Origin: a virus
DNA length: 64,000 nt
Virus record (IMG/VR): IMGVR_UViG_3300021091_000027
Span: 47,052 to 111,051 of that record
Reading direction: 5' to 3' (one strand)
Shown here: positions 18,804-28,860 of the stretch, piece after piece
Position numbering within the stretch: the first letter of the stretch is position 1
Layout: the number at the start of each line of letters is the position of its first letter
The notes under the pieces: generated by a model
The model's input: the letters and a program-made list of their open reading frames with translations, nothing else
The model's database searches: none
Told to the model about the DNA's origin: nothing
Program-made: the position numbers and the translations under genes

Positions 18804-19937
18804 ATGCCAAAACCAATACTAGCGTTTTGCGCTGACTTGCAAGCCAGGGAGTCGGCGTACAGATCTGTTTACGAATTAAGAGGCGACGACCTGTACGCCC
18901 TGAACCAGGTTGTTGACTACTGCAACAGCAATTCGAGGCAGGGTAATCCCCTGCACATGATAATGGGGGGCGATCAAGTCGATACCCCTACGATAAGCGA
19001 CGAACACACAGTGGCCCTCAGGAAAGTTCTTCGTAAGATTCCTGGAGATAGATGTTTATACATTGACGGCAATCACGAACGTGGATTCAAAAGACTATCG
19101 TTGGAAGGCGGAGGCGCATCAGTCGCCAGACCCATGGAGGGAAAGATATTCGACATAGCTGGATACCGTGTGGCTGGATACAACTGGCGCACTCGCCGTC
19201 AATGGGAGTCGTTTATAGAAACCGGTAACTTTGTTGAAGCTGACATATTGATTCTTCATGGGTTTGCGTCACAAGTCGTTTCAGCACTTGGACTTCCGCC
19301 AGATGAAGCCCCATTATGCGACATGGATTTGGAGTGGTTTGACGGGAAATACAAGCTGGTCCTCATGGGGGACATCCATATGGAGTGGCAGTGGCAAGGG
19401 CCTAAGGGTACTCGGTTTATGTACTCAGGCTCTATGTGGATGCACCGTCTTGGCGAACCTGAGGCAAAGTCGTTTATCGTTGTTAATGACGATTTGTCCG
19501 TAGAGAAAGTGCCGTTGAGGTCTCGTCCATTTCTAAGGACAGACATGAAATCAAAGGAAGATATTTCTAGAATTCAAAGTTGGCTTGACAGCTGCTCAAA
19601 TGTTCCATATGTTCTGGACATGCAAGAATACATGGGAAAGACGCTTCCCCGACTGCATATCACTGTACCTTCGGAAATGACTTCTGAATTGGCTGGAGCC
19701 ATAGATAAATTTAAACAAAAGGCATTTGTATTTGAAAAAGTAGATGTATCTCATGACAGAGACCTCACAGAAGTGAAGGGGTCTCTGTCGGAGAAAGTTG
19801 ACCTTGACACTGCTCTCGCTCAACTTTTAGATGTTAAAGAAGAATCACAATCGGATGCAATGGAGTTTGTAAAGCAAGCAATGGAAATGGGATTCGACAA
19901 AGCTGTAAGTAGCTTAAAAGAAAAGGTAGGAATATAG
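18804..19937 (+). CDS. SbcD/Mre11 (gp47-like) metallophosphoesterase nuclease
   Basis: ADLQ, GGDQVD, DGNHE, ILHG, MGDIH and YSGS motifs; Rad50 partner nearby. Confidence 0.85.
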   Translation: MPKPILAFCADLQARESAYRSVYELRGDDLYALNQVVDYCNSNSRQGNPLHMIMGGDQVDTPTISDEHTVALRKVLRKIPGDRCLYIDGNHERGFKRLSLEGGGASVARPMEGKIFDIAGYRVAGYNWRTRRQWESFIETGNFVEADILILHGFASQVVSALGLPPDEAPLCDMDLEWFDGKYKLVLMGDIHMEWQWQGPKGTRFMYSGSMWMHRLGEPEAKSFIVVNDDLSVEKVPLRSRPFLRTDMKSKEDISRIQSWLDSCSNVPYVLDMQEYMGKTLPRLHITVPSEMTSELAGAIDKFKQKAFVFEKVDVSHDRDLTEVKGSLSEKVDLDTALAQLLDVKEESQSDAMEFVKQAMEMGFDKAVSSLKEKVGI

Positions 19938-20638
19938 TGACAACAAAAGTAAAAAAGGCGCAGTTCAAGAAAAATAAAACAGAAAGCTGCCCGTATGCGT
20001 CTGCCAGGATAACTAAGAAGCAGAAGACCACGTCTACCGATGCAATGAGAGTTGCAATTGCAAAGGATGTAATCTCTCAACTCAACTCAAAAAAACTCAT
20101 ACCCGAAAGACTCATCTGGGTTGAAGATTCTAAGATGGGCAGTATTGACGACTTTATAAACTCTAAGGTTGATAAGATACCCCAAGATGAGTTAGACGAC
20201 TTTGCAGTAGACTTAAGTGAATATGTATGTAATATTAAGAAATGCGAAGTATGCGCTCTTGGAGCTATATTTGTATCTGCTGTGTCACTATACAATGACA
20301 TGACAATATACCCAGGTCGCAATTACATTGCCGAGAATCTTAATTGGAAAGTATTTGAAGATTTGGACACGTCTCCGTTCATCAAGTATTTCACAAAGAG
20401 TCAGATGGAGTTGATTGAAAGTGCCTATGAAGGTCACGAGGGCACCCACGGAGTCTCTTCGGATAAAGAAGAGGTCATTTGCAAGGCGTTTTACTCCAAG
20501 TACCCAAATGACAAGGATCGCATGATTGCAATAATGAAAAATATAATAGACAACAATGGAACGTTTGACCCCAAGAAGAGTATAAATATTGAAGATGTGA
20601 TCGATTACACAGTCCGCACCAAAATTAGTGCTTTATAA
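19937..20638 (+). CDS. Hypothetical phage protein (CEVCALGA motif)
   Basis: 233-aa ORF with GTG start coupled to the upstream stop. Confidence 0.6.
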   Translation: MTTKVKKAQFKKNKTESCPYASARITKKQKTTSTDAMRVAIAKDVISQLNSKKLIPERLIWVEDSKMGSIDDFINSKVDKIPQDELDDFAVDLSEYVCNIKKCEVCALGAIFVSAVSLYNDMTIYPGRNYIAENLNWKVFEDLDTSPFIKYFTKSQMELIESAYEGHEGTHGVSSDKEEVICKAFYSKYPNDKDRMIAIMKNIIDNNGTFDPKKSINIEDVIDYTVRTKISAL

Positions 20639-20653
20639 AAAAAGGAATCTACC

Positions 20654-21331
20654 ATGAGTATTGTTGACAGAATTTTAAACGGCGAATTTGATGACGAAAA
20701 CATTAAAGTAGACGAAGGAAATGATCTTACGCCAGATTCAGATGAGGAGCTTGACGATATCGACGAGGTGTATTTAGACGAGGAGGAAGAGGAAGAAGAG
20801 GAAGAATTTTTTGAAGAAATTCCCTCAGAAGAAGTTGAGGATCTTAATTCAACTACTACAATGTCAGACGACACGCCTTCAGAAGAATGGATGAAAGAAT
20901 ACGCAAAGAAAAATAACATAGAAATCGTAAACGAATCTGAACTGGCAGCGACTGCGTCAGTTCCATACGTAGAAAAACCAAAGCAGTCAAAAGTACGAGA
21001 AATCAACAAAAAGAAAGACACCATGACAACGCATAGCACCAATGTTAATAATACTCCCAAGCAGTCTGTTGCCTCTAGCACGGAGCACAAGAAGCGTGGA
21101 GCTCCACACAAGCTCAAGGATAATTTGGAGAATGTCGTTCGCTTTTACAACGAAGGCGTAGGGGCAAAGCAGATTGCCGAGAAGTTCGGGGTTAGCGTCT
21201 CCTGTGTAATCAATACGCTGAAGCGTAACAACATAGCTGTTCGCCCAAAAGGCCGTCGTAGTAACGACACGGAGTCGTCGCCATCACCATCAGCAAAAAC
21301 ATCTCAATATAAACTTAAAACTAACGACTGA
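20654..21331 (+). CDS. Protein with an acidic N-terminus and a C-terminal helix-turn-helix
   Basis: Poly-Glu tract; YNEGVGAKQIAEKFGVSVSCVINTLKRNNI HTH. Confidence 0.7.
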   Translation: MSIVDRILNGEFDDENIKVDEGNDLTPDSDEELDDIDEVYLDEEEEEEEEEFFEEIPSEEVEDLNSTTTMSDDTPSEEWMKEYAKKNNIEIVNESELAATASVPYVEKPKQSKVREINKKKDTMTTHSTNVNNTPKQSVASSTEHKKRGAPHKLKDNLENVVRFYNEGVGAKQIAEKFGVSVSCVINTLKRNNIAVRPKGRRSNDTESSPSPSAKTSQYKLKTND

Positions 21332-21341
21332 GTAAATACAT

Positions 21342-23528
21342 ATGAAACTGCTCTCCCTGAAGGGCAGGAACATTGGTCTCCTTAAAGGAGATTTTGAGTT
21401 TGAGTTTGACGACGCACTGACCGTGATAACCGGTCCGATCGGCTGCGGCAAGTCAACCGTACTCACAATGATCCGAGCGTCTCTTACGAATTCATTTCCA
21501 GGGAATGCAAACAGCTGGGCCTCTTGGGGAACACCGCCCCAAGAGGCCTGCTATTTTGTTGTATCCTGGCGCATAGGAAATAAAGTGCTGCATATCGCCA
21601 AAGCGGTAGCAGGAGAAAAGAAATTCGGTACGCTTAATATTCCACGTCTGCGCATCGAACACGATGACGGAAAAGTAGAAGAAATATTTGGATCGAAGGA
21701 GGCGCTGGATAAAACGCACTCGCTGATTCCAGTTCCTGCCAGCATAATAGACGGCCATCTGATAGTCGACCAAGATTCAATAACCACCCCTGTGTCTGCC
21801 ACTCCAGCTAAGTTTAAGGAGATCATTCACACGCTAACAAGAACTAGCGAATTAGAGGTTATGAGAGGTCAAATTAAAGATCTTTTACTAGCGATTACAG
21901 TGCCCGATATAAACGGACCTTTGCAAGAGGCTCAAGTGGAAAGAAACTTGGCTGAAGGCGAAGTCAATCGACTTAATACCGAAATATCGGAATTGATGGC
22001 TCAGTACGTCGCATTTGATATACAGTCCATTAACGTAAAGCTAGATGTGCTGGAACAGCTAAAGAAAAATGACGATAAGCGAAATCAACTTGATCAAAGA
22101 ATAAAGACTAGCAAGTCAATTTTATTGCAGTTAAAGGTCACGCTCAAGGCTCAGCAGGATACGCTAAGTTCTTTACTTCAAAAAAGAGAGTCGTCCAAAG
22201 AAGAGGCTGAGCAAGCCAAAAAGAATTTGTATTCTGCGGACATGTTGATTGCGGCAAATGTTCGCATAGATCTACTAAAGACCAAGGCTTCTAAGCTGGC
22301 AGAAGAACTGCAGAAGTGCATATCCACTCGGCCGGTAGAGCCCAAGGAGAAACAGCCTGCCGAAGGCGCAGATACAAAAATACAGGACGATCTCAATGAG
22401 AAAAAGCAACAGCACTATATGGCTGCGAAAAGGCTTAATTTGGTTGACCAAGGTAAATGCCCGGAATGCGGCACAGAGACAGCTATATGTGCCCATGATC
22501 GTGCAGCGCTGTCCATAGAGGTTCAGCAATTAGCATCCGAGGTAGAACTTCTTGTCGAGACTCTAAAGTACGTAAAGGCGCTTAACAAAGAGTGGGATAC
22601 GTACGAGACGGATCAAGCTTCTTACATATCATTTACTAGTACCACCATGGCGCAGGCCACGGAAGTCAATAAAGAATTGGAAGACCTTGTAGCCACTACT
22701 CCAAAAATGACTGCCGACATGAAGAAAGCCTTTGCCAAAACAGTCAGCGATTTTGACATGCTTGAAAGAGGCGTGTCTACAATAAAAGAAAATATTTGTG
22801 CCGTAAATGGGCAAATACAATCCCAGATATCGCTGGAAGAATCTTTGACAAACGAGTTGGCTGGCATTCATCCAGCTAGATATGACGAGCATGAGTATGC
22901 CCGTCTTACTAAGTTGCACCAGGATGCCGTGACCGTCAAGGACAAGGTTACAAGATTGGATGGCAGTCTTGATAATGCTAAGATTTCTCTTGACAGGGCG
23001 GAGCATAAGCTTGATCTCCAAGAGAAAAGGGCTGCATCAGTTAAACCAATAGAGAAATTCAGAAAGATTTTGGACAAGGTGAATGAAGTTCTTATGAAGG
23101 ACGGGCTTCCGAGGCTGCTGTCTCTTCAGTATATGAAGCTGCTCAATGACCGGTTGAGGTTTTACCTCAGCACCATAAATGCCGATTTCACGGCCCATAT
23201 CGACGACAATCTTGAATTTATGGCCACTAAGTCCGATGGGCTGGTGCATCATGCCAAAAGATTGTCTGGAGGTCAGAAGCAGCAGGCCAGCGTCTGCTAT
23301 CTGTTGGCTGTAAATGATGTATTTGCAAGCACGCTTGGAGTCTTGGCTCTCGACGAGCCATCAGGAGCAATGCAGGAATCTAATTCTAGAGATCTTGCGG
23401 AAGCTTTTAACTATCTTGCAAAAATAGGTAGGCAGACTGGTCGACAGTTTATAGTAATTACTCATAGTCCTGCGCTTGCGGCCTATGGCTGCAAGAATAT
23501 TGCATTGGATGGATCTGAAAGAATGTAG
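21342..23528 (+). CDS. SbcC/Rad50 (gp46-like) SMC ATPase
   Basis: Walker A GPIGCGKS, coiled coil, Zn hook CPECG, signature LSGGQ, Walker B LALDEP, H-loop ITH. Confidence 0.92.
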   Translation: MKLLSLKGRNIGLLKGDFEFEFDDALTVITGPIGCGKSTVLTMIRASLTNSFPGNANSWASWGTPPQEACYFVVSWRIGNKVLHIAKAVAGEKKFGTLNIPRLRIEHDDGKVEEIFGSKEALDKTHSLIPVPASIIDGHLIVDQDSITTPVSATPAKFKEIIHTLTRTSELEVMRGQIKDLLLAITVPDINGPLQEAQVERNLAEGEVNRLNTEISELMAQYVAFDIQSINVKLDVLEQLKKNDDKRNQLDQRIKTSKSILLQLKVTLKAQQDTLSSLLQKRESSKEEAEQAKKNLYSADMLIAANVRIDLLKTKASKLAEELQKCISTRPVEPKEKQPAEGADTKIQDDLNEKKQQHYMAAKRLNLVDQGKCPECGTETAICAHDRAALSIEVQQLASEVELLVETLKYVKALNKEWDTYETDQASYISFTSTTMAQATEVNKELEDLVATTPKMTADMKKAFAKTVSDFDMLERGVSTIKENICAVNGQIQSQISLEESLTNELAGIHPARYDEHEYARLTKLHQDAVTVKDKVTRLDGSLDNAKISLDRAEHKLDLQEKRAASVKPIEKFRKILDKVNEVLMKDGLPRLLSLQYMKLLNDRLRFYLSTINADFTAHIDDNLEFMATKSDGLVHHAKRLSGGQKQQASVCYLLAVNDVFASTLGVLALDEPSGAMQESNSRDLAEAFNYLAKIGRQTGRQFIVITHSPALAAYGCKNIALDGSERM

Positions 23529-23536
23529 GTAATTAA

Positions 23537-23574
23537 GGGGGGGAGGGGGCAACCCCCCCCCCCCCCCCCCCCCC
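23537..23574. repeat. G-run/GCAA loop/C22 homopolymer hairpin
   Basis: G7-A-G5-CAA-C22 directly after the SbcC stop. Confidence 0.7.
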
Positions 23575-23591
23575 ACAAAAAAAACACAAAA

Positions 23592-23930
23592 ATGAAAATA
23601 TCATCAAAGCTCAATCTTTTGCCAATTAGTAGCACTCCCATCACCGATAACATGATGCACGCCGCTATCACTGATGACGCTGCAGTCGCCATAAAGCTAA
23701 TCGCCAAGGCGGATTTCACTAAAATTCAGTGCGTAAATTCTAGAGACGCTAAACTTATCTCAAATAGGTTGTCTAATTTTATATTTTCTCGCAGTCAAAA
23801 GGAATTCAACCGCTTCATGCAGTACTACTATCTTAATTCCCTGGTCGACAGCAACTACCTTGGGGAAATTAATAAGATCTTTAATGAGGCCTATGAATTC
23901 AACGATGGCATCTGCATTACTGTTATTTAA
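23592..23930 (+). CDS. Hypothetical protein
   Basis: 112-aa ORF. Confidence 0.55.
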   Translation: MKISSKLNLLPISSTPITDNMMHAAITDDAAVAIKLIAKADFTKIQCVNSRDAKLISNRLSNFIFSRSQKEFNRFMQYYYLNSLVDSNYLGEINKIFNEAYEFNDGICITVI

Positions 23931-23938
23931 TCGACATC

Positions 23939-25408
23939 GTGAAAACTGACAGTCTAAGGAGCATTATGAGTAACAAAGTCGTATTGCAACGAATAATGAG
24001 ATTTTTGAGAACTCCAGAGGGCCCACATAATGAAGTGCTACAGCGGGAATTTCAATACTTACATAGCTCCCAAGTTCGTGAGCCTGGTCGGGCGCCTCGC
24101 TATGTGAGCACTCCTGTCAACCTGTATGCAATGCAGGATGGTTGGATGTATTTCCCCTGCGGTCTGCTGGAACGATGCCTGAGGATTCTTGCAAAGGCTG
24201 GATTCAAACCCGAGTATTCGGATCTTAGGTCCACGAAGTTTCCAATTCCAGATGCCTCCAAACTGGTCGGGCTTAGGCCAGGCCAGTTGGAGGTTATTAA
24301 TGAAATCGTTAAAGCCGATTTTGGAATAGTGGATGCTCTTACCGGTTTTGGCAAAGGCGTTATCATAGAAAAGATTATTGAGCTTTATCCAAAGCAGCAG
24401 CATGCTGTCATAAGTAAGTCAAAGACAATTTGCAATCAGCTATATCAACGCCTAAAGACATGTTTTCCGAAGGCCGGCGTTTGGAATTCAGATCATCATA
24501 TAAAAGGAAATCCCATGATATGCACATCGGGATCTCTTGGAGGTCTGGAGCTAGACAAGTTCGACGTAGTGCAACTGGACGAAGTGCACGAACTTCTGAT
24601 TCCCTCATTTCTAGAATATTATCCTGCGTTCGGAGAGTGTAAGTTAATATCATACTCCGCTTCTCCTGACCAAAGACTGGATAATACAGCACTAGCTATG
24701 GAGGCATATTTTGGAAACAAGATATGCAAAGTCGACTACCAAGAAGGCGTAGACTTGGGACTCGTCGTGCCTATAGAGGTGTGGAAGGTGGACTGGGGGT
24801 GCACTTCTGTTGATGCAATTAGAAATTTCAAATCTGATGTCAAAAGAATGCGCCTTGGATACTGGGGCAACTTTGCTCGCAATACCGCAATATCCAGAGC
24901 GGTATATGAAACGATACCTCAGCGCTTGACAGAAAAAGATCCGCAAATACTAATACTTGTTGATAAAATTGAACATGCCTTAGAGCTCAAAAAGTTGATG
25001 CCTGATTTCGAAGCGGTATATGGAAGCATGGACGATGAAACAGCGGAATACTTTAAAAAGCGAAAACTTCTTGAAGGAAATCCGTTAACCAAAAAGCAGG
25101 TAGAGGAAATACGAAAAAAATTTAGTTCAGGCCAATTGAAAAGAGCTATTGCAACAGGAATATGGAGCACCGGAGTTGACTTTCCTCAGCTGTCGGTCAT
25201 AATACGTGCCGATGGCGGAGCATCTCCAATTAAAGATATACAAATGCCTGGACGTGTTTGCCGAATTTCTTCTGGAAAAAACAAAGGCATTCTGATTGAT
25301 TTTGCAGACACATTTGACTTATGGACAGCGAGACGATCCAAAACCCGATTTCAAAGTTACGAAAACAAAAAATGGGAGATATTGAAGGTAAACTTGAGCG
25401 TACAGTAG
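23939..25408 (+). CDS. SF2 DExH helicase (UvsW-like)
   Basis: LRPGQ Q-motif, TGFGKG, DEVH, SAS, TGVDFP and QMPGRVCR; the start may be ATG 23966. Confidence 0.88.
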   Translation: MKTDSLRSIMSNKVVLQRIMRFLRTPEGPHNEVLQREFQYLHSSQVREPGRAPRYVSTPVNLYAMQDGWMYFPCGLLERCLRILAKAGFKPEYSDLRSTKFPIPDASKLVGLRPGQLEVINEIVKADFGIVDALTGFGKGVIIEKIIELYPKQQHAVISKSKTICNQLYQRLKTCFPKAGVWNSDHHIKGNPMICTSGSLGGLELDKFDVVQLDEVHELLIPSFLEYYPAFGECKLISYSASPDQRLDNTALAMEAYFGNKICKVDYQEGVDLGLVVPIEVWKVDWGCTSVDAIRNFKSDVKRMRLGYWGNFARNTAISRAVYETIPQRLTEKDPQILILVDKIEHALELKKLMPDFEAVYGSMDDETAEYFKKRKLLEGNPLTKKQVEEIRKKFSSGQLKRAIATGIWSTGVDFPQLSVIIRADGGASPIKDIQMPGRVCRISSGKNKGILIDFADTFDLWTARRSKTRFQSYENKKWEILKVNLSVQ

Positions 25409-25941
25409 CGTCTATAAAAGAGACGTATGCCAAATGCAAACTTAACGTAACTGGACGCATGGAAGACTATATCTACGCCATGAACTCCAAGAATAAAAGA
25501 GTCGAAGACACGTGGAAAAAAGTCGCATTTAAATGCATAGACTGGTCTGTCAACCCCAGGGCATATGTAGAGTGGTGCTTCTTTAATGAATATCCAGCCT
25601 ACCCAATGCCGTACAAGTTTGGATTAGATAAAAATTTCAACTTCTACATGACTAGCGGAAAGCCTGATCCGCAATACCAGCAACATAAGCTTAGGTTTGA
25701 ACTTATGTTTAAAAAAATGGAAAAGCTGTCTGCAGGACAAGACGTATTAAAATTCTTGCAGGATCCGCTGAATACATTTGATGAAGTTTTCATATATGCG
25801 GTAGCAAAAAATCTGGGAGTGCAGGGCAAGCTGCCCCAGAATATACTATCGGCAGCAAGACGGCAGGCTTTTTGCCATCCTGTTTATTTAGAAAAATTTA
25901 ACGATTTTATACCTCAGGAAGTTTTAAACCCATGGATATAA
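25372..25941 (+). CDS. Hypothetical protein upstream of the helicase (possible loader)
   Basis: ORF between the SF2 helicase and DnaB; start chosen at MGDIEG; function suggested by position only. Confidence 0.5.
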   Translation: MGDIEGKLERTVASIKETYAKCKLNVTGRMEDYIYAMNSKNKRVEDTWKKVAFKCIDWSVNPRAYVEWCFFNEYPAYPMPYKFGLDKNFNFYMTSGKPDPQYQQHKLRFELMFKKMEKLSAGQDVLKFLQDPLNTFDEVFIYAVAKNLGVQGKLPQNILSAARRQAFCHPVYLEKFNDFIPQEVLNPWI

Positions 25942-27407
25942 ACCAAACATATAGCAAATGGCTAATCCTAGGCTTCCTGAGGTCTCCCGACGTAATGGAG
26001 GAGGCTTTCAGTAAGCTGTCATTAAAAGATTTTAAAGAAAGCGAAAATCCATTACGAGTGGCCTACATCATCGGCAGCAGTTGGTTCAAACAATCTAAGA
26101 GCGCAGTTCCTTACGATATCGTGCTATCAGAGTTCGAACATAAAGTATTAAGAAACAATCTAATATCTGAATCGGATGCGGTGTTGTTCGGAGAACAGTT
26201 GCAGTGGGCGTATTCTTCAATATCCGACATCAAAGAAGTAAAGGATTACATTCTTGAGGAACTCAAGAAGCTACTAATTACCAGAAAGATACTGCCAGTA
26301 ATTGAACAACTTCCAAAATCTGGAGACTTGTTAGAGGGAATTAGTAAGCTAAATCAGGAGGTTGCAAAGTCGTCCATTTGCAAAACGGGAGCTGTTGATC
26401 CGTTTGCAAAAGACGACCCAATGTTGATTGATAATAAAAGAAAGCCATGGGGTGTAGACTTCGTGGACGTGGTTACAAGCGGAGGCTCGTCTCCAGGAGA
26501 AACCACTCTTCTATTAGCTCCCTCCGGAGGCGGCAAGACCTTAACTAACGTTCAGATGGCTACCACGACCGCTTTGAATGGCGAGGATTCTATGATCATT
26601 AGTTACGAGCAGGCCGTTGTGCCCGGCATCACCAATAGAATTTATTCTTATGCGCTTGGCATACCAATAGCATCGCTAAACAGTATGAGTGTATCTAAGT
26701 TTAAAGACAACAAGGCCATGATGACTAAATGGGCTGATATAAAGAGCCGACTCAAAGGAAGGCTACATCTATTTGATATGCTGGAAGCGGCCAGGAATAA
26801 CAAGGGTGGTAGTGGCGGACCTCCTGAAATCGCAAGAATGATTAAACAAGTTCTGGACAAGGGCGCCAATCTGAGATATGTGGGTATAGACTGGCTTGGA
26901 CCCATGGTGAATAACTATATGGCACTCAGGAACATAAATCAGAACGACATAACCAAAGTAATGAATGATTGCGCCGACCAGATAAGAAAAATAGGCACCG
27001 ACTACGGAGTCAATATTTTCATATATCACCAGCTTGGAACTCAAGCTGCCCAGGCAGGCGCAAGGAGGAAGCCAGAGGCTACAGATGCATTTCAATGCAG
27101 AACTCTGCATCATTACATGGATACAGTTATATGCATAGGAAACAGAGATCCTGAAAGTAACTTGGCCTGGATTACTGCACCTAAGGTAAGAAACGGCCAG
27201 CCATTTATGGATATGACAATCCAGATGGAAGGCGCTTTGTCAAGATGGAAGTATGTGGACAAAGCAAATGTAGATATTGAGTCTATGAAGGTTTACGATC
27301 AGGACAGTTTATCAGAGGCAGGATCACCAACTTTATTTGATAGGCACTCTCGCAAGGCAGTAAGCGCTGCAGAATTTAGCTCAGCAGTTAGAGAAAATCT
27401 AGGATGA
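25932..27407 (+). CDS. Replicative DnaB-like (SF4) helicase
   Basis: Walker A APSGGGKT, ISYE, GIDW Walker B, HQL, C-terminal KVRNG arginine finger. Confidence 0.85.
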   Translation: MDINQTYSKWLILGFLRSPDVMEEAFSKLSLKDFKESENPLRVAYIIGSSWFKQSKSAVPYDIVLSEFEHKVLRNNLISESDAVLFGEQLQWAYSSISDIKEVKDYILEELKKLLITRKILPVIEQLPKSGDLLEGISKLNQEVAKSSICKTGAVDPFAKDDPMLIDNKRKPWGVDFVDVVTSGGSSPGETTLLLAPSGGGKTLTNVQMATTTALNGEDSMIISYEQAVVPGITNRIYSYALGIPIASLNSMSVSKFKDNKAMMTKWADIKSRLKGRLHLFDMLEAARNNKGGSGGPPEIARMIKQVLDKGANLRYVGIDWLGPMVNNYMALRNINQNDITKVMNDCADQIRKIGTDYGVNIFIYHQLGTQAAQAGARRKPEATDAFQCRTLHHYMDTVICIGNRDPESNLAWITAPKVRNGQPFMDMTIQMEGALSRWKYVDKANVDIESMKVYDQDSLSEAGSPTLFDRHSRKAVSAAEFSSAVRENLG

Positions 27408-28501
27408 AACCCATAAATGAAAAATTGTACAAAGCTCTTCAAGGTAAATTTGGAAAAGTAAAGATAAACAATTCTGGAGTAGAGGCAAAATATAGAATAG
27501 TAACCGATGCCCTAGCGTCGTATTTCGACCTTAATACTAAAAAGAAAATAAACATAATTAATTGGGGCGAAACCTATTCTGTCAACTGCCCAAAATGCAA
27601 CGATAAACGTTCACGTCTGTACATTAGTCATGTATGGGGCACCAGATGCGAGGAGGCAGGCAGAAAAATATATTCCTGCATAAAGTGTCATAATGAAGCT
27701 TGCGATTGGTCGGACATGTGGGAGGCGCTTTATGGCAACTCCGACATAGCGGCATACGACGTGAAAACCGATTCGCTTAAAACTGGAGTTGACGCGGACA
27801 CCAGGAAAATGGAATTGCCTGGAGACGTAGACGACCTTGTGCCTATTAATGAACTGCCAGAAGATCACCCCGCCATATCCTACCTGGTGTCCCGGGGATT
27901 TAACGACATAAACAAAATGGCGTCCGAATACCAATTTTGTTACTGCAAAAAAAGTCCATGGAAAAGAAGCTTTATGGATTCAGGTGGCATCTGGCATACT
28001 GTAACTCCTGAACGTAGACTGATAATACCAAATGTTCAACAAGGAGTGTGGCAGGGGTGGATGGCTAGATACATTGGCCCCATACCATATGATTCAATTA
28101 CCAAAAAGCCCGTTATACAAAAATACTTGAATGCCCCAGGGTATTCATTCAGTAATTCTGTATATAGATTGGATGACGCTAGAAAATTCAGCGAGGGTAT
28201 GTTCTGCATAGTTTGTGAGGGGGCCTTATCAGCGATTGCATGCGGTCGTGCTGGAGTATGCACGTTTGGTATGTATCCCAAGCCTATGCAGGAGGAATTG
28301 CTAGCAAATACATTCAAAGACGGACAGATCATATTTATGGTGGAGTACGAGGCTGCTATCAATGGCAGAATTTTTGAGTGCATAGAAAGGCTGAACTGTA
28401 AGATAGCTAAAGGCTGTATTACGGTGAAATTACCAAAGGGTCAGGATCCAGCCACCATGTCTACCCTAGAGTTAATGGAAGCCATAGGCAATTGGCAATA
28501 A
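27404..28501 (+). CDS. DNA primase (Zn finger plus TOPRIM)
   Basis: NCPKCND...KCHNEAC, YLVSRG, RLIIP, KYLN, VCEGALSA, LPKGQDP. Confidence 0.85.
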   Translation: MKPINEKLYKALQGKFGKVKINNSGVEAKYRIVTDALASYFDLNTKKKINIINWGETYSVNCPKCNDKRSRLYISHVWGTRCEEAGRKIYSCIKCHNEACDWSDMWEALYGNSDIAAYDVKTDSLKTGVDADTRKMELPGDVDDLVPINELPEDHPAISYLVSRGFNDINKMASEYQFCYCKKSPWKRSFMDSGGIWHTVTPERRLIIPNVQQGVWQGWMARYIGPIPYDSITKKPVIQKYLNAPGYSFSNSVYRLDDARKFSEGMFCIVCEGALSAIACGRAGVCTFGMYPKPMQEELLANTFKDGQIIFMVEYEAAINGRIFECIERLNCKIAKGCITVKLPKGQDPATMSTLELMEAIGNWQ

Positions 28502-28522
28502 ATAAAAAAAAGGACACATAAA

Positions 28523-28810
28523 ATGAATAAACAAATTGCAGATGCTCCGAATACCGATACTGATAGCGCACCACTTCCGCAATGGATGGTGCTAGTGCAT
28601 AATGACGATGTAAATACGTTTGAACACGTAATCAATTGCTTTATGGAAATAGTGGGAATGATGCCGCACCATGCGGTCATAAAGACTTTAGAGGTAGATA
28701 AGGAAGGCGTTTCCATAATCAAGATCACGCATAAGGAGTATGCTGAATTCATAATGGAGCAATTGATATCCCGCGGTTTAAGTTGTTCAATAGAGCCTAC
28801 CTGTGAATAA
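28523..28810 (+). CDS. clpS: ATP-dependent Clp protease adaptor ClpS
   Basis: VLVHNDDVNTFEHVI, EVDKEG, KEYAE and GLSCSIEP match the ClpS pattern. Confidence 0.85.
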   Translation: MNKQIADAPNTDTDSAPLPQWMVLVHNDDVNTFEHVINCFMEIVGMMPHHAVIKTLEVDKEGVSIIKITHKEYAEFIMEQLISRGLSCSIEPTCE

Positions 28811-28860
28811 GCAAAGATAAATTGTGAAATCTAGATAGGACGCCAAAATTAAACATTGGA

